In this document: positions 24,930 through 37,719 of the stretch, in pieces | How positions within the stretch are numbered: position 1 is the stretch's first letter | Layout: every line of letters starts with the position of its first letter | Assembly (NCBI GenBank): GCA_965655095.1 | Contig: OZ296648.1 | Coordinates: forward strand, 25,482,001 to 25,546,000 | Source of the DNA: Haplodiscus bocki | Taxonomy: Eukaryota | Direction of reading: 5' to 3' | DNA: 64,000 nucleotides | The notes under the pieces: model-generated | The model's input: the letters and a program-made list of their open reading frames with translations, nothing else | Databases searched by the model: none | Told to the model about the DNA's origin: nothing | Made by a program: the position numbers and the translations under genes

Positions 24930-27155
24930 GGTCAGAAATTGCGATGTTTTTTCGAAAAAACTTCTACTGGAACATGTCCTTCTGTGATCCCCAGATTGAG
25001 GCAATACCGAAAAGCTCAATTACTAATGAATTTCCACTATGTTGCAACTCATTTTTCTGCAAGAATACAATGCTCAAGCCTTCATTCAGGTCTCAATCGG
25101 AAACATTCCATCTGTAAAACAGTACTGCTTGGAAAAATCGGTGGTTTTGTGTCTTGCGTCACAATCCTTAAAGTCCGAAAATTTGGAAAATGCCATCGTT
25201 ATTGATCTATCTCGTTATTCAAATCGACTTTTCTCATCAACTACAGGTTTGAGTTCATCAATCAAAATCTTCATTGAAAGCCTTACTCTTGTAGAGGTGG
25301 ATTCGATTGAGAAACCATTGATATTGATCCTTGCAACAAAATCATGTTATTCCAAACTTTCCGGAAAGATATGAAAATGATTTATCTGGATCATGGAAAC
25401 GGTGTTTGTCCGTAACTACAGGTTTGATTTCCTTCATGAGGGTCAGATACGGCAACCCTATATCTAAAGAAGAAGGTTCGCTTCTTTTTTCAGTCGGCTG
25501 CTTTTTTGCATCTAAATCCGGACACTCCCAAGAATTGAAAGTTTTTTTGTTGACTTTTGTCGATATCAATCCCATATTTCTCTACAACTACAAGTTCAAT
25601 TTCTTCCAGAAAGGTCTCACTTGGAAACCTTACTCCTGTAGAACGGGATTTGTTAGAAAAACCTTTGATATTGATCCCTGCATCAAAATCTTGAAAGTCA
25701 AAAATTTCCAGAAAGTTGTCAAGAATGATTCATCTCGTTTATCGGCATGGAGTTTCCCCGTAACTATAGGTTTAATTTCCTTCATTACGGTCACAATCAG
25801 TTACCTTAATTTTAGGGTAAAGGATTCGATTCAAATTTCCAGTCAGCTGGTTTTCATCGAAATCTGCACACTTCGAAAAGTCGAAAGTTTTTTTTATTGA
25901 CTTAAGTCGATATTCAATCTCATGTTTTTCTATAATTATAAGCCTCTTTTCTTCCAGTAAGGTCCTAATCGAAAGCTCCAATCTTTTTCAGGCTTTTTCA
26001 AATAGATACTAGATCATATCATTCTGATCATTTCCTCAGAATTTTGATTGTCCGAAGAGTGCGAATGTGCTAACAATTTTGATTCATCCATGTTATCGAT
26101 TCCAACTAGTCTTCCATCCCCACTGACTTGACTTCTAGCTGCAAGATCTCGATATTTGGCTCTTTTGGTAGTCAACTCGATTTTTTTCTTGTTCTTTCCT
26201 CGTGTGGCAATCCTGATAGTCCGAGAACGCCAAGAAAATTTCCCAATATTGAAAAATTTCTTCTTTCAAACTCATGTATCTCCATAAGGACAGGCTTGAT
26301 TTGTTCCACCAAAGGTCGCAATCGAAAAGCCTTTACTTTTGCTGGAATTTTGGGTTAAAACACAATCAACTCTGATGCTCTATCGAAGTCGTCGAATTGA
26401 AATCGCCAGAAGATCTTTTATCTTGCTAATCTGGCTGGACTCATCTCAATTTTCAGAATAGTTTTTCTCCAAAAATACAGACTTGAGTTCTTTCTTCAAG
26501 GTCTCAGTCTTTAGTTTTTTACTTCATCTGCATAATTCCAATAAAAAAAATTTACTTCTCATGCATTCATTCGAATTCTGAGTGACTACAAATGACAAAA
26601 GGTGCGGATGGTCTTGACAAAATCAATCTGATATTTCTTCAGCTCTGCCTCCTTCATTTTCCCTTCAACGTGTCAATCGATAGTTTTTTATGTGAAGCAG
26701 ACTGTTCATTCCTGAAAAACATGAAAATTGCTTTTAACATTGGACTTGGTGTCCTCGTTGACCAAATGTTGCAAAAGTTTTATTAGTGATGAAATATCTT
26801 GATATTCCAACTCGTGCTTCTTGAAAACAACATTTTTGAGTTCGGCTATCAAGGTGTGAATTGGTAATGACATCTTTTTAAATGTTGCTCCGATGGAACA
26901 AGTTCTGACTGTTTCCCGTAGATTGGAATGTTGATAAATTGAAAATGCAAGAAGGTTTAATTAATGTTCTTGGTATATCGATTTTCAAATTGAATAATCG
27001 CTAAAGCAATCGCCTTGAATTCTTTCGAAAAGATCTCCATGGAGATGTTTTTCGTCAAGTTTAGTTTATGTGTAAACATCATTTGTTGTTTTTTCGACGA
27101 ATTTTTTATCCGCTACATTGACGGAAAATATCGCAATGCGACTGCGCCTATTGTT
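24930..27155 (+). repeat. Old, diverged tandem-array element (related copies at about 3560-5010 and, inverted, about 57240-59400)
   Basis: Recurrent motifs AACTACA(G/A)GTT...TCAATC.A.AGTTTT; shared block CCT.G.GT.GCAA.CCTGATAGTCC at about 4600 and 26200; shared end GGAAAATATCGCA...CTG(T/C)GCCT at about 4975 and 27125. Confidence 0.6.
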
Positions 27156-27304
27156 TCAGAAATAAGTTATGACTGAGATCTTGGTAAGATCGAGCGTTAA
27201 TAAATTCTATCTGCTTTGATTTTTTGTTTCAAACATAGTTCGTTCTCGTAGGTGTTGTTTATATCGTGAATCTGAGTTGATTCGTAAACTTCGGGTATAA
27301 AAAC

Positions 27305-27606
27305 TTTTGCATAATACGGCTAAATAGATGACGGGATTGTTTCTGCAGCTGATTGTTCTGCTGTTAACCGTTCTGTTCCCAATGCTTCTGGTATTCCATA
27401 AATTTCTATGTCATCAAATATTAGTTGACATTCTTCTGTAAGTTAACTTTAAACCCAATAATTCTCTTTTTTTTACTTTCTTTTTCCCCAGCCCTTTTGT
27501 AATCATTCAGCCTTGAAGGAATGGTAAACAGTTTTTGCCTTTCTTTTTCCGATGTTTGCCGGTCTTTTTTTGGCTCTGATCCCCTTTGAGGGGGTTTCTT
27601 CTAGTT
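27305..27606 (+). repeat. About 300-bp dispersed direct repeat of 23387-23687
   Basis: Shared core GCAGCTGATTGTTCTGCTGTT.ACCGTTCTGTT.CCAATGCTTCTGGTATTCCATAAATTTCTATGTCATCAAATATTAGTTGACATTCTTCTGTAAG. Confidence 0.85.
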
Positions 27607-29706
27607 GACTTCACTGGCTGTTTTTTTGTCTGTTTTTCAAACTAGTGCATTTTCTACGATATCACGTGTTTTCAAAGATTATTCTGATCTAATTCTGAGA
27701 GTATTGTATTTTTGAGTCATTTTATTACACTTTCGCAAGCAAGTGTTGTATCATAGCCTGCGATTTGTTCCGATGCGTTCACAACTTGCATTTGTGCCTA
27801 CCTCCTAGAATTGCCTAGATTTTGTTCATGAGCTCTAGCTTTCTTGCACAAAGTTTTGCATGCGCTCTCGTTTAGTTGCCATAGTTCATCCACGGGGAAA
27901 ACTGTGGATGTTTTCCCGGCTGTTTTCCCGGCTGTTCGTACTTGCTATACTTAAATATAATTTGTCAAAAAAGAGTTAAATAAGTTATATATTTTTCTGT
28001 TTAATTGTTTAATCAGTAGCATTCGTTGCACCGTGGTCCCTTCAAAATTATATGTTTGTTCGATTTGTTTACTGTTACTCCATTGGCGCAAGCCTTGCGA
28101 TGCACAGCGTCACCCCTGTGTTTACGTGTTATATAATTCCAGGCTTGTTACTTCCATCATTCGTTCCCAGGAACATCTGGCCGAATATCGAAACTAAATG
28201 AAACTTTTGATTCATTTGTGATGATTTACAATGGGAGTCTAGTAACTCTTTGAATGAAATCATCTTGAAAGACATAATATATTCATTTTAAGTAAAAACC
28301 CCACTACCTTTATAGTATTGAAGATCTGATTATAGACTGTTATTGGAACAAATTGTAAGCCCAAGATACCATAAAGTAATCGGATATGTAGATAGATGCT
28401 GGAGAAGTACACGATCCATCAACGCATCTAAAAACACAGCGATTCAGATAAAACCGTTTATTTGAAGGAAAATTTCATGTATGGTGAAAAAATTAAGTCA
28501 ACCTTTGTCTCAACTTGTTGAAAACATTTGAGTGGGAACATTTTCTTTTATTTGAAATTTTTCCTTCGCACGCATCTAAGGAATGTTTTTTATTTGGGCT
28601 GTTTTTTCTTGAAGGTTGGCGCTGTGAATTTTTTGTTCGAAGTTTTGATGTGGAAATTTTTTAGTTGGAAAGTTTTTATGGTTTGATTTTTTATTATTTA
28701 AAGGTTGTTGTTTCGGTTAGAGTCCCCCTCTTGATCGTCGAAATTATTTTTCATGAGTTTTGAGCTGGTGGAATATAAGAACTTAAATCTAGTTTAATTT
28801 TAGTTTCTTTTGCTCTCTGATGACATGGTCCTTAAGTATTTTTGTGGACATCTGAATCTAAATGATCTTTTTTCCTTTATAATTCCGTGGTTAAGTTGCA
28901 GTAGTTGCAACTATACAAATTCGTCTTTTTGTTTCACAATTTTCCAACGTTGAGATTTATAAGCTTTCTTTTAATTGAAACATAATTTAGAAGTCTCCAT
29001 TTCATTAAACAATTTTAATTTAATAATTTTTCAAAAATGGTTTTCATATGTAAGAAAAGTTTTGTTTGCGTTAAGAGTTATCACTCTTGATCAGTGACAA
29101 TTTTTTTTGGTCTTATAATAAACTGGAAAATCCCCTACTTCATTATTCTAATTTTTCGTGTGTGATTTTTCTTGTTTTCGCCATTAAATTGTATGATTTT
29201 CAGACTAATTGAAAATATAAATTATCTTGAACATGTTTTTGATCCTCTGGCTGCGAAACATATGAACCTTACTTTTCAAGAAATGGAAAGTCTATTTTCT
29301 CTACTTCGCTCTATGACAGAAAGCTTACATTGCGACGATATTTTCTAAATGTAATTTGATTTTGGAAAAGGTACTTCCAGCCGGAGCTTTTATTGTGTCC
29401 GTTGCAATTGCTCGCTGAAATAGAAATCCGGAATAATTCGCCAGGAATATAGTTTTATCTATGCATTTTGCAAGTTTCAAACGTAACGTAAGTTTCAAAT
29501 GATGCCGAAATCCCATGTCGGAATTCCGTACTTTTGAATATTGTGGCCTTTGATGGTAATAGTATGACATTGAATTTGAGCCTTTCCGTTTTCTTTTCAG
29601 ATTGAAATTAGGGAACAGAATTTAAGGTAACTCTGATAGTTGAAGAACTCTGCATGATGTTTCATTCCCAACTGTATTTTGGAATGATTCAATTTCAGAA
29701 TCGCCA

Positions 29707-30024
29707 ATGAATCACAGTAGTGTTGATTTGTACGGCGATCTTCTATTTGAGAGTTGTGCAAACAGCAATGGCCAGGCCAATGCCAAAAACAACAATATCA
29801 ACAGTTTACCAATTAGTGGTAATAGTCAAGGAGGAGATAGTGGAGAGACCCCAACTCCCGCTGTCGAATCAGAGGGGACCAAGTTGCTGGACACGATTGG
29901 TCGTACCATGGGTGGCGTTGTTACAACAGATGGAAAACCTCGAACATCGGGAGCTAGTTTTGATGACGTTTTTCTCGAAGAAATACTGTCTCTGGACAGT
30001 CGGAAGGAAATTTTGCTACAAAAG
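29707..30024 (+). CDS. CASP8AP2: FLASH/CASP8AP2-like protein, coding exon 1
   Basis: ATG at 29707; VDLYGDL resembles the FLASH LDLY/LDIY motif; donor GTGAGA at 30025, phase 0. Probable 5'UTR introns at 29488-29600 and 29627-29698. Confidence 0.7.
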
Positions 30025-30371
30025 GTGAGATATAATTGTTGTGTTCAATATTGGAAGGAATCACAGTGACTGACTAAAGTCATTGAGTTATTCTTAGATC
30101 TTTGCCGAATGTGTTGAAAGTGTTCATTCCTCGTTGAATGTATGAACGTTTTGTTTAGATGAGAAAAGCAAATCAGAAATTGGAGGAAGAGAAAGCCGAG
30201 TTGAGCCTAGAGGTGAGTCTGAATAAGTAATCGTTTCAATTTTCTCGACTTGACCGAGAAGGACGATCCGTAGTCTGCATGACAGGAAAACAGTTCCATT
30301 GGTTATTCTGAAACTACAAACCATCGATTAGGCCTTGGAATATTTTTAAGATCTGCTGATGTTGTTTTTAG

Positions 30372-30487
30372 GTTGCTGCATTGAAAAACAAGTGTGCAGT
30401 TTTGGAGCAAAACATATCAGGACTCTACAAGTTCGCTGGTCATGAACTACACCGCCAAGAAAAAGAACTGAACACGCTGAACTTCAG
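30372..30487 (+). CDS. CASP8AP2: FLASH/CASP8AP2-like protein, coding exon 2 (N-terminal coiled coil)
   Basis: LEQNISGLYKFAGHELHRQEKELNTLNFR aligns with FLASH [36 protein letters not shown] acceptor, phase-2 donor at 30488. Confidence 0.75.
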
Positions 30488-31577
30488 GTTAGATGGCCTC
30501 TGGTCTAGGAATCAAGGTAGAATAGATTGCATCGCAAGAGGCCCAATAACACTGATATTTTGCGAATATACTTGCTCAAAAGCACGAAAGTTAAGGAAGC
30601 TTCTTTCAGCTATTTCATTTTTATCGATTGAGCTAATAAATGGAAAGAAAGAAGCAATCAAAACTTAGTATGTGCTTGACAAGAGTGTCCTTGGTCCGTC
30701 AATGCAAAATTTGGTTTCTTACAGACTTAGCTGCCAGGATATATGGCAAAATTTGACTAAATATCTTCAGATTTGCCAAAATAACGCGATGTTCTAGTCT
30801 TACGCAAAACACATTTTTGACCAAAACCATAATTTGGTGAGTATTACTTGGGAGTCTGCTTGTATGCCAACGCTTTGCAGACTTATCGTCGGAGATTGAA
30901 GACTTAAATATGAATTAATACTTAAGTTTTTGTCAAACATTTTATCATGTTTAAAAAATGATGTCACCGTTTTCAAGAAACGCGCTAACTAACCCATCGA
31001 GAAAGCTATTGATTGCAACGAAAAAATAATTTGAGCTGCTTTGGAGTCTTTTTGTGATGGCAAAATTGAATTCATGTTTTTTTGCTGACTGCCTTTCGTT
31101 ATATACGGCTAACATGTGACAAAATATTTTCGAATTAGCTGAATTTTTCTCAATCTTCAGCTCCTATGGGCAAAAAAATGTAAGAAAGCTCCAAAATCGG
31201 AATCGGGTCCTCAGCAGACTTAGCTGCCAAAATAAGAATAAAAATTCAGATAACTGAAAATACCGTAAAGTATCCACATTTTCAAGTGTCTTTCACTAAA
31301 AAAAACTATATGATTATTTTTCTGACACCGTCGAAATTCTAATATAATCCAAATTTAAGGCTCCTTGTTGTATAAGTACCAATTTAGACTTGGTCCGTTG
31401 CAAAATTAGTATCAAGAATGAAAGACTAATTTTTTACAGAACAACCTGAAATCCATGATTTTTGTATTATTTTTGGCCACATATTTAAATATGCAAGAAA
31501 AAATTTTCATTCAATACAGTAGGGTCGTATTTCTTTTTTTATTAGTATATTTTTGCCAACTATTTAAAAATAAATTT

Positions 31578-31752
31578 CAGCAGTGGTGTTAGGACAAACA
31601 TTTCTCAAGCAGTAGGTCCGGGTTCGAATCTCTGTCGGGCCATAAATCTTTATGATTTCACTAACATTCATAAAAAATTCCGACTGTTCCCATGGGACTG
31701 TGTAGGACAACAGGGTTCTGAAGCGCTAGGTACGGGTTCAAATCCCAGCCTT
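31578..31752 (+). repeat. Two tandem tRNA-derived (pseudo-tRNA/SINE-like) modules
   Basis: B-box-like GGTTCGAATC and GGTTCAAATCCC; loop-like CTCAAGC and CTGAAGC; stems do not pair properly. Inverted copies at 60481-60660, 38866-38932 and 35150-35192. Confidence 0.65.
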
Positions 31753-33591
31753 TACCTACATTTTTCAAACTTTATTATTACGATGGAAAATCGTGATCCC
31801 CTCTTATGCCTCTTGTGTATGCATGAAAACTTTCGATACCAGAATTTTTATGAAAAACGGAAAGGTTTCCCTACGAAATGCTTCGGTACTGTGAGACAAA
31901 AAATTTTTTGACGGAAAATCGTGATACCCCCTTTTCTTATGCATGAAAATTTTCGGTACAAGAAATTTTTCTAAACACAGAGGAATCAGTGGTGGAATTG
32001 ATGCTTATACAAAAACCTTTGAAAACTAGATCCAAAACAGTAGTCTTGTTTTTAAATGTTAGCAGAAATTGATCGAAATATTTGTAATTCGGCGAAAAAT
32101 ATGCCGGTGCTAGCCGGCTGTCTTGTTGCATAGTCCTCCAAAAGTGCAGAACTGCCAATTGAATCTTTGATGGAAGAACTCAAGTTCTTAGTTGAGGAGA
32201 ATTATGAGCCTTAAATTGGAGATCTGTAAATGTTAATAATATTTTTGACATTTTCGGCCTGTCGGGCGTCAGACGCATAGAAAATATTCAATTATTTTTT
32301 TTGAAAAGCCCTCCTCCAGTAAAAACGTCAATGGTTGAGACCTTGACAGGGGGAGTGAAGCTGCTAGTTTTGAAGAAATACGAACTTGAACGTCGAGATA
32401 TGTCAAAATTTCTAGCATTTCGAGTGTCACTATTCCCACAGAAGGAAAAACTATAATTTTTCATCGGCTTTCGCGTCCATGTTTTTAATATGGAAGGAAA
32501 ATCATCACTCAACGCGGAGGTTTTTTTCACATTCCTTTGCCAATCGTCCGGTCAGAATGAACGGAGGAAGATTCTGATTCTGGGAATTTTTATCACAAAA
32601 TTATAGCAATTTTTCCGCGGAATGCCACGGAAATATGAAAATTTCACACATGGCTACGAGAGTTGGATTTTCATTAACAAAAACCTGATTTTTTAAAAAT
32701 CTGTAAAACTGGCAAATTTGCTGTAGACTGCGTATCGAATGATATTTTTCTAAAAAATTTCTTTTTCACCTTAATTGTGACGTTTTTTCGCAAAAAAAAT
32801 CAGGAAAACTCTAAATTTGGAGAAAATGCGAAATTTTTTGTAAGAGCATTTTTTGGAGGAAAACATTTCATCCTTTCACAAGTTTCAAAAGGCATCTTTA
32901 CCGAATTAGTTGAACGGAAATATGCCACTGGTAGCTGGCCGTGTTGTCATAGTCCTCCATAAATCCAAAACTGCTGATTGTGGTCTTGATTGAAAAATTA
33001 AAGCAAATAGTTTTCGAGATATGAATCTGAATATCGATATATGTCAAAGTTAATGGCAGTTATTGCACTCTTAGGAATCCAACGGAAGGAACATATTTGA
33101 TTATTTTTCTTCTGAACAGTCCTCCTGAAGCTGAAAGCTGTCGAATAGGCCTGGATGGCAGAATTCAATTTTTGAATTTCGGAGAGTTATGAGCAAACTG
33201 AACTCCGTAATTTGCAAAACTTTTTTGGCGAGTCGGTCTGTCATGATTGGGAGGCAAAGAAAACTTTTCATGTGATTTCAAAAATCCGCTTCCAATGAAA
33301 GCGGTTGAGTGAGACCTTTCCAGAAGGAGTGAAGCAAGTAGTCTGGAAGAAGTATGAATTGAATATCGAGATCACTATCACTTATCAGCACTTTTTGGCG
33401 GTTCCCAGAATCAGGATTCCGAAGAAGGGAGGAAAAATGTTTTTTTTTTCAAGTAATCCTGATCAAGTAAAGAGCTGTCGTTTGAGCCAAGTAATCCTGA
33501 TCAAGTAAAGAGCTGTCGTTTGAGCTTTGATGCAAAAAGTTAAAGCTGGCAGTTCTGAATGAGTTCGAAAACCGAGATCTGTAATTATTTA

Positions 33592-35823
33592 TAACAAGGC
33601 GGCCGGCTACCACCGGCATATTTTTCGCAGGAAAACAAATATTTTGATCAACATTTGCCCTCAGTTAAAAACGAGACTACTGTTTAAAATCTAGTTTACG
33701 AAAGTTTACTGCAAACATCAATTCAATCACTGATTTGTATATTTTACGCAAAACAAGGGGTATCACGGCTTTTCGTTCAAAATTTTTTGTCTCACAGTAC
33801 CAAAAAATTTCGTTTGGGAACCCTTCGGTGTATCTGAAAATTTCGAGTATCGAAAAATTTTATACATCAGAGAGGGGGAGTATCACGTTTCTCCGTCCAA
33901 AACTTTTTAACACAGTACCGAAATTTTTCATTGGGGAACACTTCGGTGTATCAGAAAGTTTCGGGTATCGAAAAATCATATGCATCAGACAGGGCGGGTA
34001 TCACGTTCTCCGTCAAAAACCTTTTGTCACACAGTACCAAAAAATTTCGTTGGAACAGTTCGGTTTTTCAGAAAATTTCGTGTATTGCAAAATTTTATGC
34101 ATACGAAGGGGATGTCACTGAACTCCGTTGAAATTTTTTGTCTCACAGGGCCGATAAACTTCGTAGGAGAACACTTCTGTGTTTCGAAAGAATTCTGGTA
34201 TCGAAAATTTTCATGCAAAAGAGGGCGAAGCTTCACAGTTGTCGAAAATTATTTTATATCACATGACCGAAAAAACTTTGCCAGGGAACCATTCTGTGTT
34301 TCAGAAAATTTCTGGTAGGGAAAATTTTTTTGGATAAGAAGGGGGGAATTATCACGATTTTCCGTCGAAAACGTTTCATTAGAGGACACTTTGGTGTTTC
34401 GGAAAATTTTTTTATCGAAAATTTTCATGCATAGGAGGGGGGGGGGCATCACGATTTTGTCGAAGTTTTTTGGCTCACAGGATCGAAACGAAAAGCTCTC
34501 TAGAGGAAACCGTCTATTTTCAAGAAAATTTTTGGTATCGAAGAAAAGTTATGGGTAAGAGGGGGCATATCACGATTTGCAGTCGAAATTTTCATGTCTC
34601 AGTGCCGAAAACTTTCGCGAGGGAATCCTACTGTTTTTGTGAAAATTTTTGGTTTCGAAAAGTTCTATGGATGAAAAAGGGGGTATCATGTTTTTCCGTC
34701 TAAAATTTTTGGTCTCACAGTTCCGGAAAATTTCGTGGGCATCCCTTCAATGCTTCAGAGTTTTTGGGGTATCGGAAAATTTTATGCATAATAGGGGGTA
34801 TCATGTTTTTGTCGAAAATTTTTGGTCTCACAATGCAGAAAATTTTCGTGGGCATCCCTTCAATGTTTTAGAAACTTTGGGGTATCGAAAAAATTTAAGC
34901 ATAATAGGGGGTATCACGTTTTTCCGTCGAAAGTTTTTTGGTCTCACAGTGCCGAAAACTTTCGTGGGCATCCCTTCAATGTTTCAGAAAATTGGGAGTG
35001 TCGAAAAATTGCATGCATAATAGGGGGTATCACGTTTTTCCGTCGAATATTTTTTGTCTCACAGTGCCGAAAAGCTTCGTAAAGGAACCCATTAGTGTTT
35101 CACTAATTTCGGGTATCAAAAAATGTTGAGAATAAATCGTAAAATTATTTGGCACGACAGAGACTCGAACCCCAAACCTAATGCTTGAGAACCTAGCACC
35201 GGCATATTTTTCGCCCAACTACAAAAATTTTGATCAAATTTTGCAAACGGTTAAATACAAAACTACTGTTTTGTTATTAGTTGTCAAAGAGTTCTTACGA
35301 ACATCAATTCCACTACTGACTTCTGTACTTTATGCAAAAGGGAGTTACGATTCTCCGTTGAGAAATTTTCGTCTCACAATGCCGATGAATTTCGTAGGAA
35401 ACTTCTTCTGTGTTTCGAAAGAATTCTGGTATCGAAAATTTTCAAGCAAAGGAGGGGGGAAACTTCAAGGTTTTGTCGAAATTTTTCTTATCTCACAGGA
35501 CCGGGGAACCACCATTCTATGTTTCAGAAAGTTTCTGGTAGGGAAAAAATTTTTATGGATAAGAGGGGGGAGGTATCACGAATTTCCGTCGAAAACTTTT
35601 GTCAGACAGTACCGAAAATTGTCGTTGGGGAACACTTCGGTGTATCAGAAAATTTCGGCTATCGAAAAATTATATGCATCAGACAGGGCGGGTATCACGT
35701 TCTCCGTCAAAAACTTTTTGTCACACAGTACCAAAAAATTTCGTCGAGGAAACCGTCTGTGTTTCAGAAAATTTGGGGTATCGAAAAACTTTATGCATAA
35801 AAAGGGGGTATCACTGAACTCCG
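33592..35823 (+). repeat. Hairpin-terminated element with a ~115-130-bp tandem array (Helentron/HINE-like)
   Basis: Starts AACAAGGCGGCCGGCTACCACCGGC (GCCGG/CCGGC hairpin); units TGTCTCACAGT(A/G)CCGAAAA.TTCGT.GGG...GTATCGAAAA...GGGGGTATCACG recur at about 33790, 34028, 34141, 34713, 34826, 34942 and 35057. Confidence 0.8.
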
Positions 35824-36920
35824 ATGAATATCGATCCAGATATTATAAAAGAAAAAACAAAACATTTTCCATTTGCTCCTGTGAATAGAAAATATATTCC
35901 TGTTTTTAGTGATTATATGAAAGAGATTATACCAAATACTTATACACAAACTAGAAAATTAATATGTGATTGGAGTGATAAGAAAAATTATTTGGTTCAT
36001 TATAGGACGTTAAAATTTTATGCTAGATATGGTATGATAGTTGAGAAAGTTCATTCAGTTATTTCCTTTAAACAGAGTAAATTGTTGGAGAAACATAGAA
36101 GTTTTAATACTCCAAAAAGAAACGATGCTAAAAATGATTTTGAGAAAGACTTCTATAAATTATTGAACAATGCATTTTATGGAAAGACTATGGAAAATAC
36201 TCGTAATCGAATAAATGTAGAATGTATCAAAAAAGATGATACTCATAAAATTAAAAAACAACAATCTAAATTGACTTTCAATGGAATTCATAAATCATAT
36301 GAAAATTCTGATAGTCATACATTCAAACAGAACGAAGTGCTTATGGATAAGCCTATTTATTTAGGTTTTAGTGTATTAGAATTGAGTAAATTATTAATGT
36401 ATGAAACATATTATGATAAATTACAACCTTATATTAAACTAGAAAATATACAGCTACATTATATGGATACTGATAGCTTTGTATTAAGTGTTAATACAAA
36501 AGATATTATCAAAGACTTAAAGAGTCGTGAGGACTTATTTGACTTCAGCAATTTGAATGAAAATCATGAATTATTTAGTAACAAAAACAAAATAGTAATT
36601 GCTAAATTTAAAATTGAAACACCTAAAAACATTTGGATTGGTGAATTTGTTTGTCTAAGAAGTAAAATGTATGCGTTTGACTGTGGAGATGATAGTAAAA
36701 ATAAATTGAAAGGAATTTCTAAAAGTCAATCAAAAAATATTAAATTTGAAGAATATGAAAATTGTTTAGATGGTAAAAAAATCAAGAAGAGTGTAAAATT
36801 GTATTTTTAAAATCAATTAATCATGAATTGCATCTTCAAGAAATAAAGAAATCAACATTATCTATATTCGATGGTAAACGATGTTTTATAAATAATATTG
36901 GAAGTAAACCGTGGAATTAG
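35824..36920 (+). pseudogene. polB: Protein-primed family B DNA polymerase (Maverick/Polinton), 5'-truncated C-terminal half
   Basis: FYKLLNNAFYGKTMEN (motif B), YMDTDSF (motif C), FVCLRSKMYAF, KLKGISK. Open for 328 aa; a frameshift near 36780 continues to ...FDGKRCFINNIGSKPWN* at 36920. Confidence 0.9.
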
Positions 36921-37235
36921 TGTTATTAAATGGTTGTAAAAGTAAAAGAATCCTTTGAAAAGACTAGACATGTTAAAAATAACGACAAATCTAAAAATTA
37001 TATTCTACGTGGACAAAGAAATACAAGATATCATGGAAGAATTCTATTTAATAGAAAGAAAACTTATAATTTCAACATTCAATACTGATCTTGTCAATTT
37101 TCTCGAAGATTATAATAGATAAAATATTGAATTTTTAAACGTATACTAATTTTTTAATGGGCTATCGAATGTTATATCACACATCGAGCTCACATATTGA
37201 AAACATATTACATTAATTTTTACACTGAGGTGTAC

Positions 37236-37330
37236 ATTTTTGTGTAAATTTTTGTGTAAATTTTCGTGTAAATTTTTGTGTAAATTTTTGTGTAAATTTT
37301 TTTAAAAATTTTTGGGTAAATTTTTGTGTT
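37236..37330 (+). repeat. 12-bp minisatellite (TTTTTGTGTAAA)n in the Maverick subterminal region
   Basis: About 7 near-identical units read directly. Confidence 0.9.
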
Positions 37331-37401
37331 TTCATTTTTTATCATAATTTTGTAATTTCAATTTTATTTCTAATTCAACACAATTGTATACTTTCACAAC
37401 T

Positions 37402-37719
37402 AGTAGTGTACAAAACAGCATTTGAGATCAGTCGTAAAGGATCACATCCTCATCCGACACCAACACTCCAACAAAATCATTATAGTACAAATCACCAGGT
37501 ATGTTTATTCTTTATTATATCCATTCAGTTATTTATATAATTTTATATTTTTTTATTCAATTATTTTGTATTTTATAGTCTATAGCTATTCTTCTAATTT
37601 TTGGTTATTGTATAATTATACACCTTGTGATTTGTATTGTTGTGATTGTGTTGGAGTGTTGGTGTCATATGAGGATGCGGCCTGCGCGGCTGGTGTCCTA
37701 TGCTTTTTTGTACGCTACT
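37402..37719. mobile_element. Maverick-like terminus forming a ~100-bp-arm inverted repeat (AGTAG ends)
   Basis: 37402-37500 (AGTAGTGTACAAAA...CATCCTCAT..GACACCAACACTCCAACA) is the imperfect reverse complement of 37622-37719 (AGTAGCGTACAAAA...). AGTAG-type ends are characteristic of Maverick TIRs. Confidence 0.65.

Noticed and set aside
29325-29570. Minus-strand 81-aa ORF ending at a GTAAGC donor-like site (possible divergent gene)
   Set aside because: No recognisable homology, no downstream exon found, and it overlaps the inferred FLASH 5'UTR exon/intron; cannot be fully excluded.
29691-29706. Trans-splice acceptor before the FLASH-like ATG
   Set aside because: Upstream donors at 29627 (GTAACT) and 29488 (GTAAGT) explain it as ordinary 5'UTR cis-splicing.
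31578-31752. Functional tRNA-Leu(CAA) and tRNA-Phe(GAA) genes
   Set aside because: Acceptor and anticodon stems do not pair, and copies are embedded in a dispersed repeat.
33450-33526. Exact 38-bp tandem duplication
   Set aside because: Simple slippage inside a decayed repeat; no functional indication.
33735-35888. Overlapping 60-235-aa ORFs (e.g. CLTVPKNFVGEPF-like repeats), also at 37627-38598
   Set aside because: Translations of the ~120-bp tandem array, open in several frames and on both strands; no coding signal.
35824-36810. Host or bacterial/phage DNA polymerase gene, or contamination
   Set aside because: Lacks the exonuclease domain and motif A, is frameshifted, and sits beside a Maverick-type terminus inside a host intron.
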